Shown here: positions 62,334 to 64,000 of the stretch, in pieces
How the letters are laid out: each line of letters begins with the position of its first letter
Numbering within the stretch: the stretch's first letter is position 1
Source: an uncultured delta proteobacterium
GTDB lineage: Bacteria > Desulfobacterota > Desulfuromonadia > Desulfuromonadales > BM103
Length of the DNA stretch: 64,000 bases
Assembly: GCA_963715335.1 (NCBI GenBank)
Contig: CAVQRZ010000029.1
Coordinates: 1-64,000, forward strand
Direction: 5' to 3'
Translations under genes and position numbers: made by a program
Notes under the pieces: generated by a model
Seen by the model: the letters and a program-made list of their open reading frames with translations, nothing else
The model's database searches: none
What the model was told of the DNA's origin: nothing

Positions 62334-64000
62334 ATGAGTGGAAATCGCCCCGTGTACCTGTTGGTTTGTCTTTGTTGCTGGCTGGCGAGCCACGGACACA
62401 GCCTGGCCAGTGACTTGTATGATGAAGCCGTGACCACCACTCCGGCGTATGCCGACGGCGTGATCTATATCGCCAGCGCCGAAACCCAGCGCCCTCGCGG
62501 ACACCTGCGGGCCATCAATCTGCTTGACAGCATGCCGCTGGTCCTCTGGGATGCAGCAGAGCACATGCCGCCAGCCGGGACTGACAGGGAACAACCGGAG
62601 AGCATTCAGCCCGACAACCCGTATCGCACACTCTTCACCAATCTCGGCGACTCTTTGCTGCCTCTCGAGGCCGCTCAGGCAGAACGCCTGCACCCCGCCC
62701 TGGGCAGCGCATCAGTTATCGATTCGGCAATCCTCCTGCATGCCGTGCGCGGGCGGCGGGGCGGCACCCCGGAACTGCCCGCCGGAACCGCCGAGGATCC
62801 GCAGCGCCTCTGGGGAATCAGCCGCTCTTCACCGGTACTGGTCGGTGGCAGCCCGGTCGACCTGGAGGCTGGTCAGCGCCAGCGCGTTCTCTACGTAGGA
62901 GCCGAGGACGGCATGCTGCACGCGTTTTTCGTCAGCCGCTGGGATGACCAAACCGGCAACTACCTCAATGATGACCAGGATGGCGGCATAGAGCTATGGG
63001 CGTACCTGCCCGGCAGCTTCCTTTCCCGCCTTGCCGATCAACCCTTCGACAACCCCCCCGGCCAAATCGCCATCCACCTGGACGGCACACCGGTCGTTGG
63101 CGAACATTTTGCTGATTTTGACGGCGACGGCCAGCGCAGCTGGCGAACCCTTCTGGCCGCCACCGGTACCGTCCTGCAGAGCCGGCGCAGCTGTCTTTTC
63201 GTCCTCGACGTCACAGACCCGTACCAGCCCGAACTGCTGTGGGAAATGCTACTACCCGGCTCGGGGATCGGTCGGACCCGCGGCGTCAACCTGGGCCGAT
63301 GCAAAAACAGCGCGTCAGACTGTCTTTACCTGACCGCCGACTTTAACCAGCAGACCGGTTCTGCCGGGGTGCATGCCCTGGCAGTGTCGCTGGCAACCGG
63401 CCAACTGCTCTGGCAGTTCAGTACTGGATACGCTGCATCAGGACCGATCGCCGAAGCGACACCGGCCATCCCGGCACTGATGGACCTTGACGGGGATGAT
63501 CGTCATGATGCCCTGATCTTCGGTGACCTGGTCGGACAGCTCTGGGCTCTCGACCTGGGTGACGGCAAAGCCTATGGCGACGCGCCGATCTTCACCGTAC
63601 CAGGCGGCGTTGATGAGCCGATCGGAGCCGGCGTGGCCATCCACGACAAAGTTGCAGTGTTCGGTACCGGAGGAATTGCCGGAACCAGCGATCTTTTTCA
63701 GTATGCACTTTATGCAGTGAACGTATCCGCAGATGGCGGCAGCCTGCGTTGGCGATATCCGCTACAAACGGGTGAGAAAGTTTGGGCAACCCCGGTCCTC
63801 GATGCCTTCGGCAACACAATCTTTGCTGCAGCAGCAAACTATCTGCCACTACCCCGCACCGACGGGCAACCGACAACCGGCAGGCTTGTGGCCGTCGACC
63901 GCGATGGAGCCGAAAGTTCGAGTCGAGAAACGACCGCGGCGACAGTCGGCCGGGTTATCGTCTCGCCCGGCGTGGTCCTGTCGGTGGACATGCGTGGAGA
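62334..64000 (+). CDS. PilY1/PilC-like beta-propeller protein, 3'-truncated by the window edge
   Basis: GGAGG RBS and signal peptide; in-frame LYVGAEDGMLHAF, ELWAYLP, DLDGDDRHD, GDLVGQLW; missing from the ORF track, presumably because there is no stop. Confidence 0.85.
   Translation, partial: MSGNRPVYLLVCLCCWLASHGHSLASDLYDEAVTTTPAYADGVIYIASAETQRPRGHLRAINLLDSMPLVLWDAAEHMPPAGTDREQPESIQPDNPYRTLFTNLGDSLLPLEAAQAERLHPALGSASVIDSAILLHAVRGRRGGTPELPAGTAEDPQRLWGISRSSPVLVGGSPVDLEAGQRQRVLYVGAEDGMLHAFFVSRWDDQTGNYLNDDQDGGIELWAYLPGSFLSRLADQPFDNPPGQIAIHLDGTPVVGEHFADFDGDGQRSWRTLLAATGTVLQSRRSCLFVLDVTDPYQPELLWEMLLPGSGIGRTRGVNLGRCKNSASDCLYLTADFNQQTGSAGVHALAVSLATGQLLWQFSTGYAASGPIAEATPAIPALMDLDGDDRHDALIFGDLVGQLWALDLGDGKAYGDAPIFTVPGGVDEPIGAGVAIHDKVAVFGTGGIAGTSDLFQYALYAVNVSADGGSLRWRYPLQTGEKVWATPVLDAFGNTIFAAAANYLPLPRTDGQPTTGRLVAVDRDGAESSSRETTAATVGRVIVSPGVVLSVDMRG

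Overview
Chromosomal window from a GC-rich anaerobe, most likely Desulfuromonadia (Desulfuromonas/Pelobacter/Geobacter-like). This is inferred from an ImcH-like cytochrome, CbcSTU-like modules, lexA-dinB linkage and two minor-pilin sets. Layout in order: (1) a low-GC accessory stretch at 1-1977 with an RHH antitoxin, a frameshifted RelE/ParE toxin and a cassette-like orphan gene, bounded by inverted dif-like repeats and carrying attC-like signatures; (2) a respiratory region with two tandem tetraheme cytochrome/Fe-S/NrfD modules (the second with many indels), two unannotated tandem paralogous 48-aa membrane peptides and a divergent hexaheme ImcH-like gene; (3) housekeeping genes ubiD, uvrB, M23 peptidase, cysS, glnS, ispF, ispD, carD, panE; (4) a pilVWX-pilY1 cluster behind a sigma54-type promoter; (5) a lexA-small ORF-Y-family polymerase cassette with a perfect palindromic operator candidate; (6) assorted metabolic, transport and hypothetical genes (queF, UvrD/Rep helicase, sthA and others); (7) radC followed by a second pilVWX-pilY1 set that runs off the window. 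Two families of dispersed intergenic palindromic elements are present (~440 bp foldback; heptamer-armed). I saw no rRNA, tRNA, CRISPR array, transposase or integrase. Scattered single-base indels suggest long-read assembly errors, so pseudogene calls are tentative. All family calls are by eye; no database search was run.
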